Assembly (NCBI GenBank): GCA_934432725.1
Contig: CAKRZE010000009.1
Span: forward strand, 2,425-66,424
DNA: 64,000 nt
DNA from: an uncultured Eubacteriales bacterium
GTDB taxonomy: Bacteria > Bacillota > Clostridia > Oscillospirales > CAG-272
Reading direction: 5' to 3'
Positions within the stretch are counted from its first letter, which is position 1, and every line of letters starts with the position of its first letter. The notes below the pieces were generated by a model. It saw only the letters and a program-made list of their open reading frames with translations, made no database searches and was not told the origin of the DNA. Below, one piece after another: positions 36,873 through 47,609 of the stretch. Both the position numbers and the translations under genes were made by a program.

Positions 36873-37564
36873 AAAAAGACGTCATTATTGCCTGTGATTT
36901 TGCAAACGCAGAGGACTGCCTGCACTTTTTAGACCGTTTTCCGGACCGAAAGCCGTTTGTAAAAATCGGCATGGAGCTGTTTTATGCCGCAGGTCCCAAG
37001 ATCGTCCGCGAAATCAAGGCGCGGGGACACCGGATTTTTCTGGATCTGAAGCTGCATGATATTCCGAATACCGTCAAAAAAACAATGGCAGTGCTTTCCG
37101 GAATGGAGGTCGATCTGTGCAATCTGCACGCAGCCGGAACACGTCCCATGATGGAGGCGGCGCTGGAGGGACTGACCCGTCCGGACGGTACACGCCCGCT
37201 CCTGATTGCCGTCACCCAGCTCACCTCCACAACCGAGGAGCGCATGAACCGCGAGCTTTGCATTCCGGGCAGAATGGAGGATATCGTTCTGCACTATGCG
37301 GAAAATGCCAAAGCTGCCGGTCTTGACGGCGTTGTCTGCTCTCCGCTTGAAGCGCCTGTCATTCACAGGGAGTGCGGAAGCGGATTTCTGACCGTAACCC
37401 CCGGCATTCGCTTTGCGGACGGTGAAAAGGGCGATCAGGCGCGGATTACTACACCGGCGCAGGCAAAAACGCTCGGCAGCGACTATATTGTAGTCGGAAG
37501 ACCGATTACCGCTTCTCCCGATCCTGTGGCAGCCTACCTGCGCTGCGTATCGGAATTTTTGTAA
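36869..37564 (+). CDS. pyrF: Orotidine-5'-phosphate decarboxylase (231 aa)
   Basis: IIACDF..., FVKIGMELF, FLDLKLHDIPNT, VVGRPI. ATGA overlap with the pyrD stop. Confidence 0.9.
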   Translation: MKKDVIIACDFANAEDCLHFLDRFPDRKPFVKIGMELFYAAGPKIVREIKARGHRIFLDLKLHDIPNTVKKTMAVLSGMEVDLCNLHAAGTRPMMEAALEGLTRPDGTRPLLIAVTQLTSTTEERMNRELCIPGRMEDIVLHYAENAKAAGLDGVVCSPLEAPVIHRECGSGFLTVTPGIRFADGEKGDQARITTPAQAKTLGSDYIVVGRPITASPDPVAAYLRCVSEFL

Positions 37565-37827
37565 GTGCCGGGAGCTTTGACCCGATTCCCCAGCCGTTTT
37601 TCCGGTGCACCGTCCCCCGGCGACATGCATGTATCCGGAAAAGCAGATCACAAAATAACCGAGGCATCCTGCATGCGCGCATATAATCCTGCTGTGCGCC
37701 ATCGCCCGGAAGCTTACAGCACATACATTCGCACAGCACTCCGGTCCACGCTCGGCATACTGCGCAGCAGCCCTCATACCAAAAAAACTCTCCGAGAAAG
37801 GAATCTTCCGCTCTTGCGGAAGAAGCT

Positions 37828-38484
37828 ATGGTGATTGATATGAATACAAAAAAACAGATTGCAGAAGACCTTCTGCGCATCGGAGCCGTCTTCTTCCGCC
37901 CCGATCAGCCCTTTACGTGGGCAAGCGGAATCAAGAGTCCCGTATATTGCGACAACCGCCTGACGCTCACCGCCCCCGATGTCCGGAATGACGTGGAGTA
38001 CGCACTGGCGGATGTCATCCGGCAGCATTATCCGGAGGCAGAGCTGCTGATGGGCACCTCCACCGCCGGAATCGCACACGCAGCCATCACCGCACACATC
38101 CTCGGCATGCCGATGGGCTATGTCCGCTCCGGCAGCAAGGACCACGGCAGACAGAACCGCATTGAGGGAAAATTGGAAAAAGGACAGAAAACCGTCATCA
38201 TTGAGGACCTGATCTCAACCGCCGGAAGTGTTCTGGAGGTAGCGGATGCATTGCGGGAAGCAGGCGCCGAGGTGATCGGAATCGCGTCCATTTTCACTTA
38301 CGGCATGCAGAAGGGTCTGGACCGGCTGAGCGCCGCAGGACTTACAAACATCAGTCTTACCGACTTTGACTGCATCGCCGGAGTGGCGGCAGAACAGGGA
38401 TATATCAGACCGGAGGACATCGAACGCCTGATTTCCTTCCGGAACTGCCCCGAGGATGAAAGCTGGATCGGAAAATCCGTCTGA
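37828..38484 (+). CDS. pyrE: Orotate phosphoribosyltransferase
   Basis: SGIKSPVYCDNR and the PRPP-binding site VIIEDLISTAGS. An alternative start is ATG 37840. Confidence 0.9.
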   Translation: MVIDMNTKKQIAEDLLRIGAVFFRPDQPFTWASGIKSPVYCDNRLTLTAPDVRNDVEYALADVIRQHYPEAELLMGTSTAGIAHAAITAHILGMPMGYVRSGSKDHGRQNRIEGKLEKGQKTVIIEDLISTAGSVLEVADALREAGAEVIGIASIFTYGMQKGLDRLSAAGLTNISLTDFDCIAGVAAEQGYIRPEDIERLISFRNCPEDESWIGKSV

Positions 38485-38762
38485 ATCCCGCTCCGTCTAA
38501 GGCAGGGAGCAGAAAAAGGAACAACGCCGTCCGGGCGGCAGAAGACCTGCCGGTAAGAGCGGACGGAATTCCGTCCGAATGCAGGGAGCAGTGCCCTCCG
38601 TCCCGAAAAGCGGGAGGTCCTGCCAGCATTCCTTCGCATTCCGCTCATTCGGAAGGCGCGTTCCGTAAACTGCCGAAATTTCGCAGACTCTTCACAGCTT
38701 TATTTCAAAGAAAGGATATCCTTTGCAGTCAAATGCATACGCAAAGGACACGGTAACCGCAA

Positions 38763-39677
38763 ATGAGAAGCCTGATCGACATTTCCGAGCTTTCCACCGA
38801 AGAAATTGAAGAACTGCTTGCAACCGCCAACGACATCATAGAAAATCCCCAAAAATACAGTGAAGCGTGCCGTGGAAAAAAGCTTGCCACGCTCTTTTAC
38901 GAGCCGTCTACCCGGACCAGACTCAGCTTTGAAGCAGCCATGTATGAACTGGGCGGCGCCGTGCTCGGCTTTTCGGAGGCAAACAGCTCCTCCGCATCCA
39001 AGGGAGAAAGTGTGGCGGACACCGCAAGGGTCATCTCCTGCTATGCAGACATCATCGCCATGCGGCACCCGAAGGAGGGCGCACCGCTTGTGGCTGCAAG
39101 AAACGCCACTGTCCCGGTTATAAACGCGGGCGACGGCGGACACTCTCATCCGACGCAGACACTTGCGGACCTTCTCACCATATACCGCGAGAAGGGGGGC
39201 TTTGAGAATCTGACCGTCGGCTTCTGCGGCGATCTGAAGTTCGGAAGAACCGTTCATTCCCTGATTACGGCGCTTTCCCGGTACAGCGGCATACGCTTTG
39301 TCCTGATCTCTCCGGCAGAGCTTTCCCTGCCCGGATATGTCAGGGACCGACTGGATGCCGATTCCATTCCGTATACGGAAACACAGAGTCTGGAGGATGC
39401 CATTTCTACGCTTGATATCCTGTATATGACCCGTGTTCAGAAGGAGCGCTTCTTCAATGAAGAAGAGTATCTTCGCCTTAAGGATTCCTATATCCTGACC
39501 CCGGAAAAGATGAGTCTTGCCGGAAACGGACTCCGCGTGCTGCATCCGCTCCCGCGCGTCAATGAGATCAGCGTCAAGGTTGACAGCGACCCGCGGGCAT
39601 GCTATTTCAAGCAGGTCCTGTACGGAAAATACATGCGCATGGCACTCATTCTGAAGCTCCTTGAAAAAAAGCTCTGA
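38763..39677 (+). CDS. pyrB: Aspartate carbamoyltransferase catalytic subunit
   Basis: [30 protein letters not shown]. Confidence 0.93.
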   Translation: MRSLIDISELSTEEIEELLATANDIIENPQKYSEACRGKKLATLFYEPSTRTRLSFEAAMYELGGAVLGFSEANSSSASKGESVADTARVISCYADIIAMRHPKEGAPLVAARNATVPVINAGDGGHSHPTQTLADLLTIYREKGGFENLTVGFCGDLKFGRTVHSLITALSRYSGIRFVLISPAELSLPGYVRDRLDADSIPYTETQSLEDAISTLDILYMTRVQKERFFNEEEYLRLKDSYILTPEKMSLAGNGLRVLHPLPRVNEISVKVDSDPRACYFKQVLYGKYMRMALILKLLEKKL

Positions 39678-39732
39678 ACCTGTAAGCAGGAAACCAAGCC
39701 ACCGAAAATTTACATGGAAAGAAGGATGCATC

Positions 39733-40149
39733 ATGAATATTGATCCGATCACCAACGGAATTGTCATCGACCATATCAAAGCCGGCAAAGGCATGCAGCT
39801 GTACAGGCTTTTGGGTCTGGACAGCCTCGACTGTTCGGTCGCATTGATCAAAAATGTGATGAGCAGCAAGATGGGAAAAAAGGACATCATCAAGATCGAC
39901 TCGGTATTTGACATCGACACCGCCATTCTCGGCTACATCGACCCGGATGTCACCGTCAATATCATCAAAAACGGCAAAATCGCGGAAAAAAAGGCAATTG
40001 CCCTGCCGGAAGAGCTGACCAATGTCATTCGCTGCAAAAACCCGCGCTGCATCAGCACAACCGAACAGGAGCTGCCGCAGATTTTCCGGCTGGCGGACAG
40101 AGCCAATCGGGTATATCGCTGTCTTTACTGCGAAGCGCGGGCGAAATAA
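39733..40149 (+). CDS. pyrI: Aspartate carbamoyltransferase regulatory subunit (138 aa)
   Basis: NGIVIDHI..., and a C-terminal zinc domain CKNPRCIS...YRCLYCE. RBS GAAGGA. Confidence 0.9.
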   Translation: MNIDPITNGIVIDHIKAGKGMQLYRLLGLDSLDCSVALIKNVMSSKMGKKDIIKIDSVFDIDTAILGYIDPDVTVNIIKNGKIAEKKAIALPEELTNVIRCKNPRCISTTEQELPQIFRLADRANRVYRCLYCEARAK

Positions 40150-40434
40150 CCGGATCCGGAGAGAAGCATCCGTTTTGCATTTGGAGCGTTCCGCGCGGTT
40201 TGGGACGGCATACAGAAATCTGCGGTCCGTGCTCCCCACTCCCCTGTACCGGCCCGATAAAGCAGTGCAGCAAAAAGGACTGCCCCAAGCCTCCGTGCTC
40301 AGAGCAGTCCTTCAAGCATGCATGTCCGTCTTCGGCATGGTTGATGCAAGCTCGTCATGTTTGTCTGTTTCCGTATGTCGTCCCGGTCTTTCCGGCGCAA
40401 AAGACAGCGTCAAGCCGCAGGACACGATGCCGGA

Positions 40435-40482
40435 GGCGGTGTGAAAAGGCTGAAAAAGCGCACTTCACACCGCCTTTTTTGT
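40435..40482 (+). terminator. Intrinsic terminator downstream of the pyr operon
   Basis: GGCGGTGTGAA...TTCACACCGCC stem followed by TTTTTTG. It lies about 285 nt after the pyrI stop. Confidence 0.7.
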
Positions 40483-40561
40483 ATTCCGACCGCCCAGCCA
40501 ACGGAGCATCCGCCCGCCCAAGCGCACGCGCCCCCCGCAGATGCCGGACGCCTCTGCCGGA

Positions 40562-42343
40562 TCAGAAGGTCAGCCCGTTTTCCTTTGCATGCTTTGCAAA
40601 GCGGAAAAACGTATACGGATCGGTAAATTCAATGTTGTATTCGCTGCCCTCCTCGCGCATCAGCCGCATGATGGCGTCATGAACTCCGGGAGAAACAAGA
40701 ATCGTGCGGAACAGGAAAAAGCGCTTGTTTTTCGGCGCCGAGCGGATCGCATCCAGAGCCGCCCTTGCCGCGCGCACAGGATCCGCGTTTTCCGCCGCAA
40801 TATCGGAGCTGACCGGCATAAACACCGTTCTGTTTATGATCTTTGTGGGAAGCTGACGTCCCAGACTGAGATACCCGACACCGACATCGGCAAAACGGGA
40901 CAGATCCCGCATTTCTTCTTCTGTCGTAAGCTCGTCTCCGTCAATGACAAAGCCTATGATATGATCGTCAAATTTCCGGAAATATTTCAGGTTGTGCTTC
41001 ACAAATGCTTCTGCGCCGGAGGGCAGGTCCGAATGAACGCGCGGCGGGTACAAAAGCCGCGGATTATTATAGCCCGCCCCGGAATCTCCGGCAGCAAAGT
41101 AATCGTTCTGTGTGTAATTTTCGTAAATAAAGTCAAACGCCTGCGGAATCCGATCGGACAGGTTCGGATTAAAGCACCACATCAGCGGGTTTTTGCCAAG
41201 CGCCGGATCGTGGTACCAGCGCGGAATAAACCGATAGGTCCACGCTGCCGCATCATAATCTCCGACATACAGCAGAACATAGGTTTTCTGAGGATCAAAA
41301 ACGGCATCCTCCTTCGGCTTTCTGTTTTCATAGTGATCGCGGAGCGGATACTTTGTATAAACCGATGCGTTTGCCAGACCGCAGTATCCGTAGGCATCCG
41401 CATCCTTGATGCAGTTATAGGCGGAAAGAACCTCGGTAAACCGCCACTCCGCATCAACGCCGCCGTGCTTTCCCTTGCCCTTGAAATCCGTATATTTCAG
41501 CTGCCACGGGTTGAAGCCGCAAACCGTGATCATTTCCTTGCCGTCCACGCGGTCATATGCATGCCGCAAAATTTCACACATGGTGCGGTAATCGGTTCCG
41601 AGCGGCTGACCGGGATCATCGCACGGCACCTCATCGTCATAAGAAGAAACATCAAACACAAAGGCGCGCTTTGCAATGGCATAGTCATGGTTATAGACAA
41701 AGGCATTTCCGAGGTCCGGGTAAAACGGTTCGTTCTCATCCCAGCTGATGGCATCGACCGTATAAAACAGCAGGGTTTTATTCGTCCGATCCATATATTT
41801 TTCCTTTGCCCAAAGGTAGGCATCGCATTTTGCGGATCCGCTTGAGGGACGGTCGGTATCCGGAATGATACCTTTTCCTGTAAATTTGCCGGCAAGGGAC
41901 AGGCGAATTTCTGCGCCGGTCTGCCCAAGCAGCACGGAAAGCACAGAATCCTCCCGGTCGCTGTATCGAACAGGGATCATGTCCTCTACGCCGCAGACCG
42001 TCGTTGCGACATTCATGGTAGCAGGAACCGCTTCGTCCCATACGACAAGCCCGCAGCGCCGGATCGTCTCCGCAAACAGGGAAAGAAATTCCGCATAAGT
42101 CGAAATTTCACGCTGCTCCATCCCGCAAAGCAGCTTTCCCGGTCTTGTCATGTATTCCAGCCAGAACGAATCCTGCTCTTCCCACAAAAGATAGATCTGC
42201 GGTTTTTCGCGGTTCAGAATCCCCTGTACCGCCACAACTGTTTTCATGGCATCATATTGCAGCACCGTACGGTATTTATGCATGGAAGCATCCCCCACGG
42301 AATCCAGCAATTCTGCCGTTCGAATCAAATAAAGTGTCTGCAT
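40562..42343 (-). CDS. GxGYxYP-family protein (putative glycoside hydrolase), 593 aa
   Basis: The AAGDSGAGYNNP motif corresponds to the GxGYxYP signature, and the size is typical of the family. No obvious signal peptide. Confidence 0.6.
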   Translation of the reverse strand: MQTLYLIRTAELLDSVGDASMHKYRTVLQYDAMKTVVAVQGILNREKPQIYLLWEEQDSFWLEYMTRPGKLLCGMEQREISTYAEFLSLFAETIRRCGLVVWDEAVPATMNVATTVCGVEDMIPVRYSDREDSVLSVLLGQTGAEIRLSLAGKFTGKGIIPDTDRPSSGSAKCDAYLWAKEKYMDRTNKTLLFYTVDAISWDENEPFYPDLGNAFVYNHDYAIAKRAFVFDVSSYDDEVPCDDPGQPLGTDYRTMCEILRHAYDRVDGKEMITVCGFNPWQLKYTDFKGKGKHGGVDAEWRFTEVLSAYNCIKDADAYGYCGLANASVYTKYPLRDHYENRKPKEDAVFDPQKTYVLLYVGDYDAAAWTYRFIPRWYHDPALGKNPLMWCFNPNLSDRIPQAFDFIYENYTQNDYFAAGDSGAGYNNPRLLYPPRVHSDLPSGAEAFVKHNLKYFRKFDDHIIGFVIDGDELTTEEEMRDLSRFADVGVGYLSLGRQLPTKIINRTVFMPVSSDIAAENADPVRAARAALDAIRSAPKNKRFFLFRTILVSPGVHDAIMRLMREEGSEYNIEFTDPYTFFRFAKHAKENGLTF

Positions 42344-42866
42344 TCTCCTGATCCTCCCCGCCTCTGCCGCAGCAGGGGCATTTTTTCACTTGTTTCTTTG
42401 AATTTGCAGCCGTTTTTTAGAAATAACATCATTTTTTCGGACAAGGAAGGGCTCAGCACACAAATGGAAGGAATTGCCCCTCCATCTTGCGGTCACCGCC
42501 CGTGCATCAGCAAAAGCGCCTTGTCCTGACCGTTTTTCGAAAAATCGGGCTGATATTGCAATCCGTCACAGGGCAGCTGCTGCCGCAAAATGCCGCTCCC
42601 TGCCTCGCAAGGGGCATCATCTCCTTCCGGCTCCGACATCGGAAATTCCGAAACGGTCTTTTGCCCGTGCAAACCGATAGCATCCGAAAAAACGAAAACG
42701 GACTGCCGCACGCATTCCGCACGGCAGCCCGGTGCCCTTTACCGCACACCTCCGCTTCACGGCTTGACAATCGTAAATAGAAGCGCTTTGGCTGATCTCA
42801 TTGCAGCAGAATCATTCTTTTTCTGCTGTCGCAGCCGGTTCAGCCCGAAAGCCCGGAGGCACAGCG

Positions 42867-44831
42867 TCATTGAAGCGAACCCAGCGGCTTGATTTCCGTT
42901 CCGCGGTAGTAGAAGCCGATGATTTCATCATACGTGTAACCCATTACCGCCAGATCGTAATATCCCCACTGACTGCTTCCGGCTCCGTGTCCCCATCCGG
43001 CTCCGTCAAAGACAAAGCTTCCTGCGGTGCCTTCCAGCGTCACATCCTCGGTCGAAACAATCACCGGCAGCTTGGAAAAGTCCAGAAGTCCGGATTTTTC
43101 CGTCAGAGGCAGTTTGGTCCCCGCTTCGGTCCTGCGATACGTATCAAATTTGAATACACCGCTTTCCGTCTGCACCCAAAGCGCAGAGGAGGCATCCAGC
43201 TGCTTCTTCCCTTCCGGGGTCATTGCAAAAAGCCCGGCATCGGAAAGCGCGGTCACACTGCCGGATTCCGCCTGCATGGAAATCAGCCGGGGCACCTTGT
43301 CGCCCTGTCCCTGATCCGCATCGGATGCGGGATATCCCTGAAGAGAATACACAATCCTCTGAACCGTTTCTCCTGCTTTTCCCACAACAAAATTCGCGCT
43401 GTCCAGTCCGAATACGGTACGGATCTTATCGGTATTGCGCACCACGACCGTATTCCCGTTCGTATCGGTCACGGTAACCTGCTTGACGTAAGCGGAGCCT
43501 TCGGAATACTGATCGACCGTCACGGAGACAACATCACCGGTCAGCCCGGTATAGCCCCTGTCCCGCAGTCTTTTTGCCAGCGCAGCGGGAGTGTATTCCT
43601 TTTTCCATACAGCATGGCTTCTTGTCGGGTCCTGCTTTTCCCACGGTGTCACCAACGCACCGAGATACGGATAGGAGGCGCCGCCCCAGACATCCGCAAC
43701 ATTGCTCCGGCTCCCGCCGTGCGAGGAACTGTAAAAGGTCTTTGCCACCGTCCCCTGATAGGTATTGATCAGCCCTGCGGTCGATGTCACCGCAAGAATG
43801 ACATTTTCATTCACCCGGTTGATTCCGTGATAAACCTGACAGTTTGTTCCGTTATCCACATCGAACAGATACGATTTGTAATAATCCAGATAGGAGATAA
43901 CAAACGTCCGGGCATCTACGGCAAATGCCCTCAGAGCCTCCTGCGGCCAGCTCGGGCTGACCTCATACGGAATGACTCCCATGATATAGTTTTCAATCGG
44001 CACATAGTTGACGACCTCAACCTTATCCTCCCATCTTCTCAGGCGGAAGAATCCGTCAAAGCGGAAGTTGCCGAAGGTGGTATATGCGGTATCTCCGCCT
44101 TCCTGCAGCGGCGCCGCAGCAAAGTACGGATATGCCCCCGCAGCGTCATATTCCATCAGAATCCTGCCGCTTACGGTTTCCACCGCAGTCAGACCCGTTG
44201 CGGAGGGACCGACAACGGTCGATGCCGGATACTGCTCCTGACAGCGGGACAGAGCGGCAAGCGCCTCCTCCTCCGTTGCAAAGGAGCCCATACGAAGTGC
44301 ATACTTCCCGCCGCTCACCGCCGGAAAGGCATATTCCCCCTCCGCCAGCGAAGCGCTGACATCGGCAAGCGTTTCAAACACTCCGGCATCCTCCGACAGA
44401 GTCAGCTGCACATGATATGCTCCCACCAGCACATCCGAGGATGCTTTGATGTATGTACCGCCGAGCTTTTTCATATTGGCATCGCAGAGCACGGAAACTG
44501 CGGCATCGGATACCCGGAACAGAGGGACGAAGGTCCTGTCCTCTCCGACCGTTCCGAACTGAAAACCGTAATCCGCCTTCAGCGCAGCACTTTGCGCGGC
44601 GCCTGTTCCAAAGGAAAGTCCGACCCGTATCGTCATATCCGATGCCTTGGACGCTTCGGCTGTCGGAACGACCGGCTCAGCCGCCTTCTTATGCAGCGCA
44701 AAGTAGAGCGCCATGTAAACCGAGCCGAGCACCGTCATCACAACGATCACCCATATCACGGCACGCATCAGAAAGCGTTTGATATCCCTTGTTTTTCTGG
44801 TTTTTCTCTTCTCAGGCAATGGTATATTCAC
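42867..44831 (-). CDS. SpoIID/LytB domain-containing protein (654 aa), membrane-anchored
   Basis: N-terminal TM helix (VIWVIVVMTVLGSVYMALYFAL) and SpoIID-type core ...NCQVYHGINRVNENVILAVTSTAGLINTYQGTVAKTFYSSSHGGS. The start is uncertain: GTG 44831, or ATG 44768. Confidence 0.85.
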   Translation of the reverse strand: MNIPLPEKRKTRKTRDIKRFLMRAVIWVIVVMTVLGSVYMALYFALHKKAAEPVVPTAEASKASDMTIRVGLSFGTGAAQSAALKADYGFQFGTVGEDRTFVPLFRVSDAAVSVLCDANMKKLGGTYIKASSDVLVGAYHVQLTLSEDAGVFETLADVSASLAEGEYAFPAVSGGKYALRMGSFATEEEALAALSRCQEQYPASTVVGPSATGLTAVETVSGRILMEYDAAGAYPYFAAAPLQEGGDTAYTTFGNFRFDGFFRLRRWEDKVEVVNYVPIENYIMGVIPYEVSPSWPQEALRAFAVDARTFVISYLDYYKSYLFDVDNGTNCQVYHGINRVNENVILAVTSTAGLINTYQGTVAKTFYSSSHGGSRSNVADVWGGASYPYLGALVTPWEKQDPTRSHAVWKKEYTPAALAKRLRDRGYTGLTGDVVSVTVDQYSEGSAYVKQVTVTDTNGNTVVVRNTDKIRTVFGLDSANFVVGKAGETVQRIVYSLQGYPASDADQGQGDKVPRLISMQAESGSVTALSDAGLFAMTPEGKKQLDASSALWVQTESGVFKFDTYRRTEAGTKLPLTEKSGLLDFSKLPVIVSTEDVTLEGTAGSFVFDGAGWGHGAGSSQWGYYDLAVMGYTYDEIIGFYYRGTEIKPLGSLQ

Positions 44832-45297
44832 CCCTGATCATTATATACACATATTCGCTTGTCACCTCAAAGCCGCGTCCGTCTGCTCTGGGGATCACGA
44901 TATAGTGGTTGCACGGGAAGCCCTCTCCGTTCAGAACACGGTTTGCCCCCGTCACATCGTTCAGTCCGACGCCGTTTGACACGTTGCCCTGATCCGTAAT
45001 AATCACGCTGACCTCTCCGCAGGTCATGATCAGTTCGCAGGACGACTTTGCCATCAGCTTCTGCCCTTTTTCCAGATACACTACGGTATATCCGGTGCTT
45101 GCGGCAGGAAGCTGCGGCTGCTCATTCACTGCCTTCAAAACTTCATCCACGATCTCCTTCTTCAGCGTTGTCCTTGCATAGCTGAGGGTGATCAGCGGAT
45201 CATTCTCCGTATTGTATACGCTGTCCGCCGATATGAGAAGCGTCATTGCGACAAGCAGCAATGCAAAACAGGATATCATCTTTTTCAAACGATTCAT
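44812..45297 (-). CDS. Hypothetical secreted protein (161 aa)
   Basis: MNRLKKMISCFALLLVAMTLLISA is a signal peptide, and GGGAGGA is the RBS. Its 3' end overlaps the start of the SpoIID-like gene. I recognise no family. Confidence 0.6.
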   Translation of the reverse strand: MNRLKKMISCFALLLVAMTLLISADSVYNTENDPLITLSYARTTLKKEIVDEVLKAVNEQPQLPAASTGYTVVYLEKGQKLMAKSSCELIMTCGEVSVIITDQGNVSNGVGLNDVTGANRVLNGEGFPCNHYIVIPRADGRGFEVTSEYVYIMIRGEYTIA

Positions 45298-45407
45298 CGT
45301 GCAGATTCCTCCCAAAGGTATTTTCTATATCATACCATATTTATTCGTCAAATTCAATCAAAAATCGCATTTTTTACACTTATAACAAATTTCCAGCCGT
45401 TTTTTTG

Positions 45408-47609
45408 TCACATTGGCAATCCGGCAGCCGGAATTTTGCTCTTGCGGTAGCGTTTTCCGTCCACGCTTCCGTCATCGCGGTACAGCTCTGCACGAAGCAG
45501 CTTCTGCTTCGGCTTAAGCGCAAACACCGCATTGCCCTGTGATGTGCGCGTGCTCATCACGGGAATCAGAGAAGAAGATACAATCAGCGCTCTTCCGGCG
45601 TCCGATACCATCAGGATATCCATCGGTTCCGTCTCGTAAAACGCCCCGACCGGTCTGCTCGCGGCGGAATATGCACCGGACAGCTTTCTGCGGTTTCCCT
45701 TGGTCTCATATGCCCTGACCGGCACACGGACGCCCTTGCCGTTTTCGAACAAAAACACCATCTGTTCGTTTTCCCGGTATTCCTTCAGACAAACCATGGT
45801 CAGGACCCGTTCGTTTTCGTCAAAGCCGAGCCGTGCGGGCACATAATCTCCGAGCGCGGCAGCCTTGGTGGTATCAAAATCCGCGACCTTTGCCTTGTAT
45901 GCCTGTGCCTGATCCGAGAAAAAGATCAGCTCATCCGTATTTTCCGCATCGCACATCAGAAGGATTTCGTCCCCCTCCTTCAGCTTCTGCTCGTCATTGC
46001 CGCGCAGGGACAAAAGCGTAATCTTTTTGAAATACCCTTCCCTTGTCAGAACCAGACGGCAGTTATAATTCTCCGTATGGTTCTCCTCACGGTATACCTC
46101 AACCTCCTCCGCCGGGATCAGCTGCGTCTGGCGCGGCTTTCCGTATTTATTGCGGATCTCCTTCAGCTGGCGCCCGATCAGGTTTTTCAGCCGCAGCTCG
46201 CTTCCGACCGTCTGCTTCAGGTCATCGATCTCCTCCTGCAATGCGTTGATCTCGTTGACGCGGTTTATGATATATTCCCGGTTCAGATTGCGCAGCCGTA
46301 TCTCCGCGATGAATTCCGCCTGCACCTGATCCAGATCAAAGCCGCTCATCAGGTTTGGCACCACATCCTTTTCACGTGCCGTTTCGCGGATGATTTTGAT
46401 CGCCTTGTCGATATCAAGCAGAATTCTCCCCAGACCGCGCAGCAGGTGAAGCTTTTCTTCTTTTTTCCGAAGCTCAAAGGTCAATTCCCTCCGCAGGCAT
46501 CCCACCCGGAAGCGAATCCACTCCAGAAGAATTCCGGACACACCGAGCTGCTGCGGCGTCTTATCGATCAGAACATTGAAATTGCAGGCAAACGTATCCT
46601 CCAGAGGCGTCAGCTTAAACAGCTTTGTCATCAGCTTATCCGGATCGACACCCCGATGCAGATCAATCGTCAGCTTGAAGCCGCTCAGCCCGATCTCATC
46701 CCGGAAATCCGAAATCTCCTTCAGCTTCCCATCCTTGACCAGCTGAGAAATCGACTTGATGATCGCTTCAATGGTCGTAGAATACGGAATTTGCAGAATA
46801 TCGATGCAGTTCTGCTTCTTATCATAGGTATAACGGGAGCGGAGCCGGACGCTGCCGCGTCCCGTTTCATACAGATTCTTCATCTCCGCACGGTCGTAGA
46901 TCAGGCTTCCGCCGCCGGAAAAATCAGGAGCCCTGATAATATCCAGCATGCGGTCCGTCCCGGTCTGCGGGTTTTTCAGAAGCTGAATGGTTCCGTCGCA
47001 GATCTCAGCCAGATTAAAGGAGCAGATAGATGAAGTCATACCGACCGCAACGCCGATATTCGGATTGACCAGAATATTCGGAAAGGATGTCGGCAAAAGA
47101 GACGGCTCCTGCATGGTGTTGTCATAGTTCGGAACGAAGTCAACCGCATCCCGGTCGATCCCCCCGAAGATCTCCTCGCAGAGCTTGTCCAGCTTTGCCT
47201 CCGTATACCGGGAGGCGGCATACGCCATATCCGTGCTGTAATGCTTTCCGAAGCTCCCCTTGGAATCCACAAGCGGATGAAGCAGCGTCTCGTTTCCCTT
47301 GGTCAGACGCACCAGCGTTTCGTAAATCGCGGCGTCTCCGTGCGGGTTCAGGCGCATGGTCTGTCCGACGATGTTTGCACTCTTGGTGCGCTGTCCCTTC
47401 ATCAGGTTCATGGTATACATGGTATACAGCAGCTTCCGGTGTGCGGGCTTGAAGCCGTCAATCTCCGGAATTGCCCGGGAAATGATGACACTCATCGCAT
47501 AAGGCATAAAATTTGTCTCGATCGTATCCGTAATCGGCTGATCCAGTATCGCCGCGTGCTCACCCGAATAATTCCGATCCGCCTGCGGTTCCCGTCTGTT
47601 TCTTGGCAT
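45408..47609 (-). CDS. Type IIA DNA topoisomerase subunit A (divergent ParC/GyrA-like), 733 aa
   Basis: MPYAMSVIISRAIPEIDGFKPAHRKLLY, NPHGDAAIYETLVRLT, active-site region AYAASRYTEAKL, and a C-terminal beta-pinwheel-like region. Confidence 0.9.
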   Translation of the reverse strand: MPRNRREPQADRNYSGEHAAILDQPITDTIETNFMPYAMSVIISRAIPEIDGFKPAHRKLLYTMYTMNLMKGQRTKSANIVGQTMRLNPHGDAAIYETLVRLTKGNETLLHPLVDSKGSFGKHYSTDMAYAASRYTEAKLDKLCEEIFGGIDRDAVDFVPNYDNTMQEPSLLPTSFPNILVNPNIGVAVGMTSSICSFNLAEICDGTIQLLKNPQTGTDRMLDIIRAPDFSGGGSLIYDRAEMKNLYETGRGSVRLRSRYTYDKKQNCIDILQIPYSTTIEAIIKSISQLVKDGKLKEISDFRDEIGLSGFKLTIDLHRGVDPDKLMTKLFKLTPLEDTFACNFNVLIDKTPQQLGVSGILLEWIRFRVGCLRRELTFELRKKEEKLHLLRGLGRILLDIDKAIKIIRETAREKDVVPNLMSGFDLDQVQAEFIAEIRLRNLNREYIINRVNEINALQEEIDDLKQTVGSELRLKNLIGRQLKEIRNKYGKPRQTQLIPAEEVEVYREENHTENYNCRLVLTREGYFKKITLLSLRGNDEQKLKEGDEILLMCDAENTDELIFFSDQAQAYKAKVADFDTTKAAALGDYVPARLGFDENERVLTMVCLKEYRENEQMVFLFENGKGVRVPVRAYETKGNRRKLSGAYSAASRPVGAFYETEPMDILMVSDAGRALIVSSSLIPVMSTRTSQGNAVFALKPKQKLLRAELYRDDGSVDGKRYRKSKIPAAGLPM

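Noticed and set aside
42801-44837. 678-aa + strand ORF opposite the SpoIID-like gene. The same applies to 40541-41845 opposite the GxGYxYP gene and 50252-52258 opposite prfA and the aminopeptidase.
   Set aside because: These are antisense shadows of supported genes. None has a plausible RBS or any conserved motif.
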